Positions 42,943 to 53,542 of a DNA stretch of 64,000 nt are shown here, one piece after another. The DNA is from Anaeromyxobacter sp. GTDB taxonomy: Bacteria; Myxococcota; Myxococcia; Myxococcales; Anaeromyxobacteraceae. The position numbers and the translations under genes were made by a program. The DNA is taken from positions 640,001-704,000 of the forward strand of contig JASGJN010000022.1 of assembly GCA_049840735.1 (NCBI GenBank), written 5' to 3'. The notes under the pieces were generated by a model. That model was not told where the DNA came from. It searched no databases and saw only the letters and a list, made by a program, of their open reading frames with translations. Position 1 is the first letter of the stretch; each line of letters opens with the position of its first letter.

Positions 42943-43000
42943 GCACGGGCTCAGGCGCGAGGTCGGTCGCGTCCCGCCGCCGGTAGGGTACGCTCGCGCG

Positions 43001-44348
43001 ATGGACCCCGGCCTCGGCCCCCTCGAGTTCATCAAGCGGCCGCCGCGCAGCGCGGCGGTGCTGTTCGGCGTATTCACGCTGGTCGCGGTCGCAGGCGTGG
43101 CCTGGACGGGCAGCCACTTCCGGACCGCCCAGGACGCGCCGGCATTCCTGGGGAGCCTGGTCGCTGCCGTCGCGCTCGGCACGCTCCTGTGGATTGGCGG
43201 GTTCCACCTCCTGGCGCTTCCACCGCGACGGCGTGGTGGCGCGGCGGATGGGGAAGACCACCGTGCTGCGCTACTCGGACGTGATTGCGTACGCCTACCA
43301 GGAGCTCGAGGGCGGCGTGCGGCTGCCGGACGTCTGGGCGATGACGCTCCACGGCCGCCGCGGCGAGCGGGTCCAGGTCCGGGTGCAGCCGGACCTGAAG
43401 CGCGAGCTGGAGCTGCCGGCGCTCCACGCTCGGCTCCTCCCGACGCTGGTGGCGCAGCTGCGCAACCTCTCGCCCGAGGGGCTGGAGTGGGGGCCGCTGC
43501 GGCTGCGGCGCGAGGGGCTGCGGCTGCCGGATGGCCGAATCGTGGCCTACGGCCCGGAGCTGGGCACACGCAGCGCGACGTCGGCCGGAGGGCGCGGGCT
43601 GGAGGTGCTGTTCCGCGGGCAGCCGGTGGCGACGCTCGAGCCTGGCACGCTCAACCTGCACCTGGGCTTCGAGCTGCTGCGGGAGCGGGTGTCGGGGCGG
43701 GCCGCCCAGGACGTGGCGCCGCGCGCGACCGCGGAGGCCAGCGCCGCGCGAACGGCCAAGGACGTCCGCGAGCGGCAGCTGGGCTGGGTGCTGGCCGTCT
43801 TCTTCCTGGTCGCGACGGTCGGGGAGGGCGCGCTGTACGTGAGCACGCAGCGCGAGCTGCGCGCGCTGGGCGAGGCCCCACGGCCGATGACCGTCGCGGA
43901 GGCGGCCCAGCTCGGCGAGGATCTGCAGTGGGTGGAGCTCTCCGAGGGGCTGGAGGTGAGGTGCGATCAAGGGCTCCAGAAGTCGAGCCAGGGCTCGGTG
44001 CTGGACACCAGCTACCTCGCCAGCGACGAAGCGGGCGCGCGCTGGTTCTACGTGAAGCTCAAGGGCGAGGCGTCCTGCGAGCAGGCCAGCGCCCCTGGCC
44101 TGGTCGGGCTCGCGAAGCGGGCGTCGTCCGGGCTGCCGGACTGGCTGAGGAAGCGCGGGCTCGCGGTCGAGCCCGGGGTCCAGCAGCTCGTGGAGCTGGA
44201 GGTGGACGGCGGACCGGAGACGGTCGGGCGGGGCCTCTGGATCTACGGCGGGGGAGCGGGGTTCTTCGCCCTGCTCCTGGGCTTCTCGATCTACGTGATC
44301 GTCTCGCGCCGCCCGCGCCCGGCAGCAGGCGGGCGCGCCCGAGCCTAG
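43001..44348 (+). CDS. Hypothetical multi-pass membrane protein (frameshift at about 43202)
   Basis: Two N-terminal TM helices in ORF 43001, continued in frame 43194-44348 with two more TM helices. Confidence 0.6.
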
Positions 44349-44860
44349 GAGCTGTCCCGAAATTCGAGCTTGAGGTTGTAGAGGAAGGCCACGGCGGCGA
44401 CCGTGGATCCGAGGTGTCGCCCCGCCGCCGGTGGTCCCGGAGGACGCGCCAGTCTTTGAGGCGAGCGAGGACGTGCTCGACCCGGGCGCGCTGTTTGCGG
44501 TGACGGCGCCAGGCGGCGTCGCGGACGATCCGGTTGTGACGGAAGACCGGGATGCGGAGGCCTCGGACTCCCCGGTATCCGCCATCGGCGAGGACGACAC
44601 GGTGGCCTCGGCAGAGCGCCTCGACGGCGGAGCCGCGGAAGTGGACGGGGTCGTTCCGATTGCCCGGGCCACCGGCGGAAGTGTCAAGGACGCGACAATC
44701 GCGGCTCCGCACCAGCACCTGGGCGTTACATGACCAGCGGAAGTTCTTGGAATTCGCTGCGCGGGCGGGCTCTCGGGAGCAGCGGGTGGGTCGGGAGAGC
44801 GTGGGCGGGGATCACCTTCGACCCACGAACGCCTTGGGCGCGCCAATCCACTGAACAAGA
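44345..44860 (-). mobile_element. Remnant of an IS5-like (DDE_Tnp_4-type) transposase
   Basis: SKNFRWSCNAQV...PGNRND...LADGGYRG...RARVEHVLARLKDWRVLRD; after a frameshift VAAVAFLYNLKLEFRDSS*. The 5' part is decayed. Confidence 0.75.
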
Positions 44861-44913
44861 TGTCAGGGCCTGGGTTCACGATGAGCGGGTGAGCGCGTCT
44901 GCCAAGCGAACCC

Positions 44914-45360
44914 GTGGTCCGAAACCGGCAGCGCCCTTGGACCCGCCGGCCCGAGGACGGGGTGTCGGTGCTCCGGCTCGCACTGGACCTCCACGACCCG
45001 GTGCAGCGACGACGGCTCGAAGGGATCTTCTCCGGGGCCTACCAGGTCCGGCGAGCGCTCCAGCGGACGGCGCGGGACCGGGTGCGGGCCTACTGGGCGG
45101 CCACGAAGGCACGGGACCGGAGTGCCTCCGAGACCCGGGCCAGGCTCGGCCTCTCGCGCGAGGCGCTGGAGCAGGCGGCCTACGCCCACCTCGACGCGGC
45201 GCCCCACCTCCGACGGAACGTCACCAAGGCGCTGGCGATGCACCTCGCCGACTCGGTCTGGACGCCGGTGGAGCGCCACCTGTTCCCGGACACGAAAGGC
45301 AAGCGGCAGGGACTTCTCCGCGTCGGGCGCTGGTTCGACTTCTCACGGCTTCCTGGCTTC
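44914..45360 (+). pseudogene. Truncated N-terminal part of a large TnpB-like / transposon-associated protein
   Basis: VSVLRLALD...RRALQR...RAYWAA...LGLSREALE...TKALAMHLADSVW...RHLF...VGRWFDFSRLPG resembles, from memory, N-termini of long actinobacterial TnpB-like proteins. Similarity stops at about 45355 and no RuvC motifs follow. Confidence 0.5.
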
Positions 45361-45387
45361 GCCAATTGGCGAATTGTGGGACAACTC

Positions 45388-46023
45388 TTAGCTACCGAGC
45401 CCGAGCCGCTCGGCAACCACTGGATCCGCCGGCAGGTAGACGCGCTCGCGCGGGAGCATCAGGCGGCTGGCGCCGTCCTTCACGTTGTCGCGCTGCTCGG
45501 CCACGAAGGACGAGATGTCCAGGATCTCCAGCGTCTCCTTCGTGCCGTACGCGGCCAGCGTGGCGCGGCGCAGCCCCAGCTGCAGCGCGCGCCGCTCGCA
45601 GGGCTGGCCGGTGGGGCGGTGGTCGGGGTCCCACTGCAGCCGGACGTCGGAGGCGGCCACCGCCGCCTGCCAGGACTTCTCGTCGGCGTAGCCGGAGCCG
45701 CGGAAGGAAGAGGGGACCGCCGCGGCCAGGAGCGCGTCGAAGAAGGTGCGCCTGAGGCGGACGGCCAGCACCACGGTCTGGTTCTCCGAGCGGCCCCAGT
45801 CGCTGCGGTACATCATCCAGAGGAAGTTGGGCTTCACCCAGCTCATCCGGTCGTAGCTGAACTCGCCCCCGAAGCGGCCGTGCTTGGCGGCGAACCGGCC
45901 GATGGCGGGCGCGTACGCCTGGTACACCACGACGGTCTCCGCGTCGTGCTGGGCCAGGATGTGCCGGCCGGTGGCGGGCCACTCGTCGCGCTGGACGAGG
46001 TAGGGGGCGGTCTCGAGCTTCAC
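45388..46023 (-). CDS. DUF4291 family protein
   Basis: VYQAY, RMSWVKPNFLWMMYRSDWG, VRLQWDPDH, RRALQLGL. Confidence 0.88.
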   Translation of the reverse strand: MKLETAPYLVQRDEWPATGRHILAQHDAETVVVYQAYAPAIGRFAAKHGRFGGEFSYDRMSWVKPNFLWMMYRSDWGRSENQTVVLAVRLRRTFFDALLAAAVPSSFRGSGYADEKSWQAAVAASDVRLQWDPDHRPTGQPCERRALQLGLRRATLAAYGTKETLEILDISSFVAEQRDNVKDGASRLMLPRERVYLPADPVVAERLGLGS

Positions 46024-46188
46024 TTCCTGGTCTCCGTGGGCGGGCGGCACGGGTACCACGAACGGCCTGTCCGCGCGACCTCGGGGCCGGAGCCCGCCGG
46101 CGGGGCGTGCGCGGCTGCACGCCCCCGGCGCAGGAGCGCGCGTTCCGCTCGCGGCGCCCCCCGGCTGAATCGGGGCCAGGAGGAAGCC

Positions 46189-46482
46189 ATGTCCCGCTCG
46201 CTCGCAGCCGTCCTGCCGCTTCGCCGCGCCCGCCATGCCGAGGAGCCACCGCGGCGCCAGCCAGAGTCCTTCGCGCTGGCGGAGTGGACGGTCCGGGCGA
46301 TAGACGTGCGCCCGCGCCGGCCGATCGTCGTCACCTGCCGCTCGGGCGAGCTGCTGGTGACCTTCGAGGGCGACGAGGTGGATCACATCGTGCCGGCTGG
46401 CGAGGCCTTCCGCATGGATCGGCCCGGCCGGCTGGTGGTGGCGGCGCTCAGGCCGAGTCGGGTGGAGGTGAGCGGGGGGTGA
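46189..46482 (+). CDS. DUF2917-like small protein
   Basis: RBS AGGAGG; CRSGELLVTFEGDEVDHIVPAGE pattern. Confidence 0.7.
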   Translation: MSRSLAAVLPLRRARHAEEPPRRQPESFALAEWTVRAIDVRPRRPIVVTCRSGELLVTFEGDEVDHIVPAGEAFRMDRPGRLVVAALRPSRVEVSGG

Positions 46483-46516
46483 GAGCGGCCTTCAACTGCC
46501 TCGGCGCTCAGGGCCT

Positions 46517-47060
46517 GGGCTTCGACTCCGCGAGCCCTGCGGGCTCGCTACGCTCAGCCCGAACGGTGTTGGCAAGGTCGGCCTTCCACGGCTCTTCTGC
46601 AGGCTCAGCCCGAACGGTGTTGGCAAGGTCGGCCTTCCACGGCTCTTCTGCAGGCTCAGCCCGAACGGTGTTGGCAAGGTCGGCCTTCCACGGCTCTTCT
46701 GCAGGCTCAGCCCGAACGGTGTTGGCAAGGTCGGCGTTCCACGGCACTTCTGCAGGCTCAGCCCGAACGGTGTTGGCAAGGTCGGCCTTCCACGGCACTT
46801 CTGCAGGCTCAGCCCGAACGGTGCTGGCAAGGTCGGCCTTCCCGGCTCTTCGGCAGGCTGAGCCCGAACGGTGTTGGCAAGGTCGGCCTTCCACGGCACT
46901 TCTGCAGGCTCAGCCCGAACGGTGTTGGCAAGGTCGGCGTTCCACGGCACTTCGGCAGGCTGAGCCCGAACGGTGTTGGCAAGGTCGGCCTTCCACGGCT
47001 CTTCGGCAGGCTCAGCCCGAACGGTGTTGGCAAAGACCGGCCTCCCCACGCCCTTCGGTC
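46517..47060. repeat. REP-like element followed by a 51-bp tandem array (9 full units plus a degenerate 10th)
   Basis: Unit GCTCAGCCCGAACGGTGTTGGCAAGGTCGGCCTTCCACGGCTCTTCTGCAG starts at 46552, 46603, 46654, 46705, 46756, 46807, 46857, 46908, 46959 and 47010. Confidence 0.92.
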
Positions 47061-47110
47061 GGCTCGGGTCGCACGGGGTTCCACGGCGGGTGCAGCCCCG
47101 CCGCCGTTCC

Positions 47111-47461
47111 TCACCCCGCCCGCAGCCCGGCCACATGCGCCTCGAGCCGGTCCCGCGCGCCGGGATCCGACATCACGCGGATGTGGGCGCCGGCCACCTT
47201 CTCCAGCGCGGCCTGGCGGAGCGCGGGCGTCGCGCCGTGGCGGGCGTCGTAGCAGATGCGGAACGCGGCCTGCGCGGCCTCCGGCTCGGGGAGCCCGCCG
47301 TCGGCCAGGCCGAAGCCGACCACCGTCAGGTCGATGCTCTCCTGCTCGGTCATCCCGTCGATCCACTGCTCGAGCGTGGGCACCGGCCGGCGGCGCAGCG
47401 CTACCCAGGCCGCGGAGGCGGCGAGCAGGACGACCACGGCGATGACCAGCGCTGTCGGCAC
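47111..47461 (-). CDS. Small membrane-anchored hypothetical protein
   Basis: N-terminal TM helix, GC3-rich codons. Confidence 0.6.
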   Translation of the reverse strand: MPTALVIAVVVLLAASAAWVALRRRPVPTLEQWIDGMTEQESIDLTVVGFGLADGGLPEPEAAQAAFRICYDARHGATPALRQAALEKVAGAHIRVMSDPGARDRLEAHVAGLRAG

Positions 47462-47575
47462 GGGCCGCAGCGTACCGCGCGCGAGCGCTCGCTCGCACGC
47501 TCGCGGCTGTCCCGTGATCGGGTGGACGGTGCGTGTGGGCGGATATCGATCCGCGCGGCTACCTGGCGCGCGTGC

Positions 47576-48932
47576 TCAGCCCTTCCAGCCCGCCTGCACC
47601 ACCACCACGTTGGCGCTGCCCTCCACGCTGCCCACCAGCCGGTCGCCGGTGGCGCCGGGCTGGTCGATGTGCGAGGTGCCCAGCATCTGCACCCGCTGGT
47701 ACACGGCGCCGAGGGAGAAGCCCTTGCCGAAGGAGGCCTTGCCGCCGGCGCCCACCAGGAGCGAGTCGCGCTCGGGCAGCGTGGCCTGGCGGTACTTGTC
47801 GGTGATGGGGCTCTGCTCGTAGGCGGCGCCGCCGAACAGGTCCAGCCAGGGCTTCGCCGCCCAGATGGCGCCCAGCGAAGCGCGGAAGGCGTTCCGGAAG
47901 CCCTGCTTCGACTGGACGTCGAGCCCGTTGGCCGGGTCGTCCGGCTTGAGCTCCACCGTGTCGAAGCGGCCCCAGGTCGTGTACTGGAAGGCGGCGTCGA
48001 GCGTCACGCCGTGGCCCAGCGCCTGCTCGGCGCTGACGGTGAGGAAGTCGGGGAAGGGGAGGTCCACCGACGAGCCGGGCTCGCCGGTGAACCCGAGCAC
48101 GGCCAGCGCGGCGGGGTCGAAGCTCTGGTGCCCCTTCACGTGCCCCTCGCTCTCGTGCCGGTAGGCCACGCCGAGGGTGGTGCCGGCGGCGGGCTGGAAG
48201 GTGAGGCCGGCGGTGATCGTCCAGCCCCAGCCGTCGCCGGTGAAGCGGGCGTAGCCGTCCGAGCCGCCGGGCGTGAGCCCCTGGCCGGCGCAGGTGCCGA
48301 GGGGATCGGGATCGCCGGCCCCGGCCGCCTGGGCCACGCAGATGGAGCCCAGGTCCAGCGCCTGCCCGATGGTGGCGTGGTCGCGCCGCGCGGCCGCGCT
48401 CACGCCGACGGCGAAGCGCGGGTCGATGCGCCAGGCCAGGGCCGGGCCGAAGGAGAGGGCGGTGATCTCCCGACTCGACCCCCTGGTAGCGGCCGTAGAA
48501 GCCGGCGTCGCGGCCGTAGTCGGTGGCCTGGCCGAAGGGCGCGGCCACGAAGAGCCCCAGCGCCAGCTGCGGCGAGAGCCGGTGGGAGGCGAAGAGCCAG
48601 GGGGAGCCGCCGGTGCCGGCGCCGTCGGCGTTCGCGCCCGGCAGCGGCATGCCGCCCTCCAGCAGCGTGGAGCCGCCGTCGGTGTAGGGGGCGGAGGCGG
48701 CGATGAGCTGCCCGCCGACCACCACCTGCGTGCCGTCCAGCGACGCCAGGATGGCTGGGTTGGCGAACAGGCCGGCCGGGTCGCGGGTGGAGGCCGCGGC
48801 CGCGCTGGCGGTGCCGTTGGAGTAGAGCCCCTGGATGTCGAGGGCGAAGCCGTTGGCCCGGGCGGCGGCCGGCGCGAGCAGCGCCACGGCGAGGAGCAGG
48901 GAGCAACGGAGCGAGGCCGTGCGCTGGTGCAT
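47576..48932 (-). CDS. FadL/OmpP1/TodX-family outer-membrane transporter (frameshift at about 48469)
   Basis: Signal peptide then NGFAL..., conserved NPA (LFANPA), APFGQATDY, QYTTWGRFD, YEQSPI...TLPERD. Confidence 0.88.
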
Positions 48933-49010
48933 GGCGAGTCCTCTCGTCGGCGGCGCCGCCGGGTCATGCCGGCGGGGCGGTGCCCGTTGGACCCGAAGGC
49001 TAGAGGGTCA

Positions 49011-49029
49011 ATCTGTACAACGTCAAGAT
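49011..49029. promoter_or_regulatory. Putative TetR operator upstream of the FadL-type gene
   Basis: Reverse complement ATCTTGACGTTGTACAGAT; imperfect palindrome matching 49703-49721 at 14 of 19 positions. Confidence 0.6.
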
Positions 49030-49688
49030 GACCGGTCGGAGCGTGGGGTCTTCCGGCCCCGGGGGCGCGCCCGGCGGGCGGGCGGCTCCGGCTCGCCGCA
49101 CAGCTGCGAGGCCAGGGCCGCCTGCAGCAGCTGCCGGGGCGGGGTGCGGGCCAGGATCGTGTGTGGGATCTGGCGGTTGGTGAGGAGCGAGACCAGGCCG
49201 TGGGTCACCGACCAGAGCCCCACCGCCACCGTCTCGGGCGGCCCGGCCGCCACCACGCCCGCCGCCTGGCAGCCGCGCACCAGGTCCACCAGCGCCTCGA
49301 AGCTGCCGTTCGCCATGGTCATGTAGTCCGGGTGATCGTGCTCCTGCTCCATGGCGTTGGAGAAGGTCACCCGGTAGAGGTCGGGCTGCTCCAGCCCGAA
49401 GCGGACCGTCTCCCAGGCGGCCTCCTGCAGCTGCCGGCGCGGGTCGCCGGCGTGCTTGCGGACCGCCCCGGCGATCCGCTCGCGCACGACCCGGAGCCCC
49501 TCGGTGGAGATGGCCGCCACCAGCGCCTCCTTGTCGGGGAAGTGCGCGTACGGGGCCGAGTGGCTGACGCCGGCGCGGGCGGCCACCCGCCGGAGGGTCA
49601 GGCTCCCCACTCCCTCGTGGGCCAGCAGCTCCGCGCCGGCGCGGATCAGCGCGTTCTTGAGGTCACCGTGGTGGTACGGCTTCCGCAT
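49023..49688 (-). CDS. TetR-family regulator (WHG-like C-terminus)
   Basis: YHHGDLKNALI...LTLRRVAARAGVSHSAPYAHFPDK; WSVTHG. Confidence 0.95.
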   Translation of the reverse strand: MRKPYHHGDLKNALIRAGAELLAHEGVGSLTLRRVAARAGVSHSAPYAHFPDKEALVAAISTEGLRVVRERIAGAVRKHAGDPRRQLQEAAWETVRFGLEQPDLYRVTFSNAMEQEHDHPDYMTMANGSFEALVDLVRGCQAAGVVAAGPPETVAVGLWSVTHGLVSLLTNRQIPHTILARTPPRQLLQAALASQLCGEPEPPARRARPRGRKTPRSDRSS

Positions 49689-49702
49689 GGGTCGCTCCGC
49701 CG

Positions 49703-49751
49703 ATATTGACAGTGTCTAGATCGTTCTCTAACGTCCAGACCACGTCAACCT
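49703..49751. promoter_or_regulatory. Putative TetR operators in the divergent promoter region
   Basis: ATATTGACAGTGTCTAGAT at 49703-49721 (core GACAnTGTC) and a weaker copy at 49733-49751 (reverse complement AGGTTGACGTGGTCTGGAC). Confidence 0.65.
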
Positions 49752-49765
49752 ACCGCGGGGAGCGC

Positions 49766-50451
49766 ATGCCGTCCATGGTCCCGAGAGGCTGCAGGTGGTG
49801 GAGGCCGCCCGGCGCCTGTCCGCCAGGGGTTACCTGGTGGCCACCGGCGGGAACCTGTCGGTCCGCCTGCCGGGCCAGGCCGCCTTCGCCATCACCCCCA
49901 CCAACCTCGACTACGGCCAGATGACCGCCGAGGACGTCTGCGTCCTCGACCTCTCGCTGACGAAGCTGGCCGGCGAGCGGGTGCCCTCCATCGAGAGCTC
50001 GCTCCACGCCGCCATCTACCAGGCGCGCCCGGACGTGAACGCGGTGGTCCACACGCACCAGGCCTACGCCAGCGCGCTGGCCCTGATCGACGCGCCCATC
50101 CCCGCGCTCTTCGACGAGCAGGTCCGCTTCCTGGGGCGCTCGGTCGAGATCGTCTCCTACGGCCCCTCCGGAACCGGCGTGCTGCGCCGCGCCGTCGCGC
50201 GCGCGGTCCGCAGCCACGCCAACGCCTACATCATGAAGAACCACGGCGCCGTCTGCCTGGGAACGGACCTGACCCGCGCCGAGAACAACGTCGAGCTGCT
50301 GGAGAAGTGCGCCCTCGCCTACCTCCTGGCGCTCTGCACCGAGCGGAAGGTCAGCAGGATCCCGCTGGTCGTCCGCGAGGTGGCCTTCCACAAGCTCCGC
50401 TCCGACCAGCGCCAGGCCGAGGCGGAGGCGCAGTCCCGAGGCACGCCGTGA
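49766..50451 (+). CDS. Class II aldolase/adducin family protein
   Basis: GGNLS, ITPT, PSIE..LH, VVHTH, NHG. The true start is probably ATG 49766 (GGGGAG RBS) with a 1-bp deletion; the intact frame runs from 49795. Confidence 0.9.
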
Positions 50452-51941
50452 CCAAAGCCCCCGCCCTGGCCTCCGCGGACGCCGCGGCCTCGGCCGCGCA
50501 GCGCTACGCCATCTCCAGCTACCACGACACCGACGAGGTCTACGCCCGGCTGAAGGAGCTGATCCGCCAGCCGCCCCGGCCGCTCCGGCGGGAGCGGATG
50601 CAGCAGGTGCTGGAGCACTTCGAGACCCGCCTGGCCGGTTCGCGCCGCCTCTCGGACGAGGCCAAGCGCTACATCCCGGGCGGCGTGCAGCACAACCTGG
50701 CCTTCAACCACCCGTTCCCGCTGGCCGTGGCGCGCGCCGAGGGGGCGCACCTCTGGGACGTGGACGGGAACCGCTACATCGACTTCCTCCAGGCGGGCGG
50801 GCCCACCGTGCTGGGCTCCAACCACGAGCCGGTCCGGCGCCAGGTGATCGAGCTGCTGGAGCGCTGCGGGCCGGTCACCGGCCTGCTGCACGAGTACGAG
50901 GCGAAGCTGGCCGCGCTGGTGCAGCGCTTCATGCCCTCCATCGAGCTGTTCCGGATGCTGGGCTCGGGCACCGAGGCGGTGATGGCCGCCGTCCGCGCCG
51001 CGCGCGCCTTCACCGGCAGGAAGAAGATCATCAAGGTGGGCGGCGCCTACCACGGCTGGAGCGACCAGCTGGTCTACGGCCTCCACGTGCCCGGCACCGG
51101 GCGGCTGGAGGCGGCCGGCATCCCGCGGGCCGCCAGCCGGCACACGCAGGAGTTCTTCCCCAACGACCTGGGCGCGCTGCGCCGCAAGCTCCGGCTCAAC
51201 CGGCTGCGCGGCGGGACCGCGGCGGTGATCCTCGAGCCGCTGGGGCCGGAGAGCGGCACGCGGCCGGTCCCGGCGGACTTCAACCGCGAGGTGCGCGCGC
51301 TCTGCGACGAGTTCGGCGCCCTGCTCATCTTCGACGAGGTGGTCACCGGCTTCCGCGTCGGCCTGGGCGGCGCGCAGGGCTACTTCGGCGTGAAGCCCGA
51401 CCTGACCGTCTTCGGCAAGTGCATCAGCGGCGGCTATCCCATGGCCGGCGGCGTCGGCGGCCGCAAGGACGTGATGCTCCGCTTCGCGGCGGGGATCGGC
51501 GGCATCGGCGAGCGCGCGTACGTGGGCGGCACCCTCTCGGCCAACCCGCTCTCCTGCGTGGCCGGGTACCACGCGCTGCTGGAGATGGAGCGGCTGGACG
51601 CGCCGGTGGTGGCGGGGCGCGCCGGCGACCGGCTCACGCGCGGCTTGCAGGAGATCATCGAGCGGAGGAAGCTGCCCTACGTGGCCTACAACCAGGGCTC
51701 CATCGTCCACCTCGAGACCTCGGGCGTCATGCTGCTGGACCTCCGCAACCCGCTCAAGCTGGCGCGCGAGCTCAAGCCGCGGAAGCACATGCTGGAGGAG
51801 ATGGGGGCGGCCTACCTGGCGGCGGGGCTGGTCACGCTGGCCGGCAGCCGCATGTACACCAGCATCGCCGACACCGACGCGGTGATCGACGACGCGCTGG
51901 GCCGCTTCGACGAGGTGCTCTCCGGCGTCGAGGGCGCCTAG
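50448..51941 (+). CDS. Class III PLP aminotransferase (GSA-aminomutase-like)
   Basis: WDVDGNRYID, SGTEA, YHG, LIFDEVVTGFR, FGKCISGG. Confidence 0.9.
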   Translation: MTKAPALASADAAASAAQRYAISSYHDTDEVYARLKELIRQPPRPLRRERMQQVLEHFETRLAGSRRLSDEAKRYIPGGVQHNLAFNHPFPLAVARAEGAHLWDVDGNRYIDFLQAGGPTVLGSNHEPVRRQVIELLERCGPVTGLLHEYEAKLAALVQRFMPSIELFRMLGSGTEAVMAAVRAARAFTGRKKIIKVGGAYHGWSDQLVYGLHVPGTGRLEAAGIPRAASRHTQEFFPNDLGALRRKLRLNRLRGGTAAVILEPLGPESGTRPVPADFNREVRALCDEFGALLIFDEVVTGFRVGLGGAQGYFGVKPDLTVFGKCISGGYPMAGGVGGRKDVMLRFAAGIGGIGERAYVGGTLSANPLSCVAGYHALLEMERLDAPVVAGRAGDRLTRGLQEIIERRKLPYVAYNQGSIVHLETSGVMLLDLRNPLKLARELKPRKHMLEEMGAAYLAAGLVTLAGSRMYTSIADTDAVIDDALGRFDEVLSGVEGA

Positions 51942-51944
51942 CGC

Positions 51945-53542
51945 GTGGCCGCCCGGCGCGTCACGCTGGCGCTCGACCTGGGCACCTCCGGCGTGAAGGT
52001 CGCGCTGGTGGACCAGGACGGCGCCGTCCTCGGCTTCGAGGGCGTGCCGGTCGAGACCCACGTCACGCCGGACGGCGGCGCCGAGCAGGCGCCGGAGGAC
52101 TGGTGGCGCGGGTTCCTGGAGGCCTCGCGCCGGCTCCTGGCGCGCGGGCTCTGCGCGCGCGGCGAGGTGGCCGCAGTCTGCTGCTCCACCCAGGGCGAGG
52201 GCACGGTGCCGGTCGACCGCGACGGCCAGCCCCTGATGCGCTGCATCCTCTGGATGGACATGCGCGGCGCCGGGCCGCTGGCCCGGCAGTTCCGCGGCCG
52301 GCTCAACCTGGCCGGCGCCTCGGCCTGGCGCGTGCTGCGCTGGATCCGCCTCACCGGCGGGATGCCCTCCATGACCGGCAAGGACCCCGCCGGCCACATG
52401 CTGCTGGTGCGCGACCGCTTCCCCGAGGTCTACGCCCGCACCCACAAGTTCCTGAACGTCCTCGACTACCTCAACCTGCGGCTCACCGGCCGCTACGTGG
52501 CCACCCACGACTCCATCCTCACCTCCTGGGTGACCGACAACCGCGACCCCGACCGGATCCGCTACCACCCGGCGCTGCTGCGGGGCTGCGGCATCGACGC
52601 CGACAAGCTGCCGGAGATCGTCCCCTGCACCGCCGCGCTGGGGCCGCTGCGCCGCGAGGTGGCGGACGCGCTGGGGCTGTCCGCGGAGGTGCAGGTGGTG
52701 GCCGGCGCCATCGACAACACCGCCGCCGCCGTCGGCTCCGGCGCGGTAGCCGACCGGGCGCTGCACCTCTACCTGGGCACGTCCACCTGGATGGCCGCCC
52801 ACGTCCCCTGGAAGAAGACCGACCTGGGGAGCGCGCTGGCCTCGGTCCCCTGCGCCCTGCCCGGGCGCTGGCTCCTCACCGCCCTGCAGGCCACCGGCGG
52901 CGGCAACCTGGCCTTCCTGCGCGACCGGATCCTCTATCACCGCGACGCGCTGCTGCAGGAGGCGGGCGTCCCGGACGTCTTCAAGATCATGGACCGGATG
53001 GCGGCCGAGGTGCCGGCCGGCGCCAACGGCGTCCTCTACACGCCCTGGATTCTGGGGCGAGCGCGCGCCGGTGGAGGACCGGACGCTGCGCGCCGGCATC
53101 CTCAACCTCTCGCTGGGCAACGACCGCGCCGACCTGGTGCGCGCCTTCCTGGAGGGCGTGGCCCTCAACTCGCGCTGGCTCCTGGGGCCGGTGCAGCGCT
53201 TCCTGGGCGGGCGGGTGGAGCGGCTGCGGCTGGCCGGCGGCGGCGCCGCGTCCGACGTCTGGTGCCGAGATCTACGCCGACGTGCTGGGCGCCGAGGTGG
53301 ACCAGGTGGAGGACCCGGTGCAGGCCAACGCCCGCGGCGCCGGCCTCATCGCCGCCGCCGGGCTGGGCTGGCTGGACCTGCGCGAGGCCGGGGCGCGCGT
53401 GCCGGTCCGGCGGACCTACGCGCCCACCGCGGCGCACCGCGCCGTCTACGACGAGCGCTACGCGGTCTTCGTGGACGCCTACCGCCGCCTGCGCGGCCTC
53501 TACCGCCGGCTCAACGCCCGGCCAGCCCCCCCGGAGCCCTGA
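51945..53542 (+). CDS. FGGY-family (xylulokinase-like) kinase (frameshifts at about 53050 and 53267)
   Basis: LDLGTSGVK, WMDMR, YLGTS, GERAP, RAFLEGVA, GGGAAS..W. Confidence 0.88.

Noticed and set aside
46552..47060. CRISPR array
   Set aside because: The period is regular but the would-be spacers are near-identical, and no cas genes are present; this is a tandem repeat.
46492..47136. 17-aa repeat proteins (KADLANTVRAEPAEEPW and other frames)
   Set aside because: The 51-bp unit is a multiple of 3, so several frames stay open; there is no RBS or coding bias, and a 1-bp deletion in unit 6 breaks the frames.
50448..51941. hemL (glutamate-1-semialdehyde aminomutase)
   Set aside because: Same family, but it has an N-terminal extension, GGVQHN in place of GGVNSP and a catabolic operon context, so no symbol was assigned.
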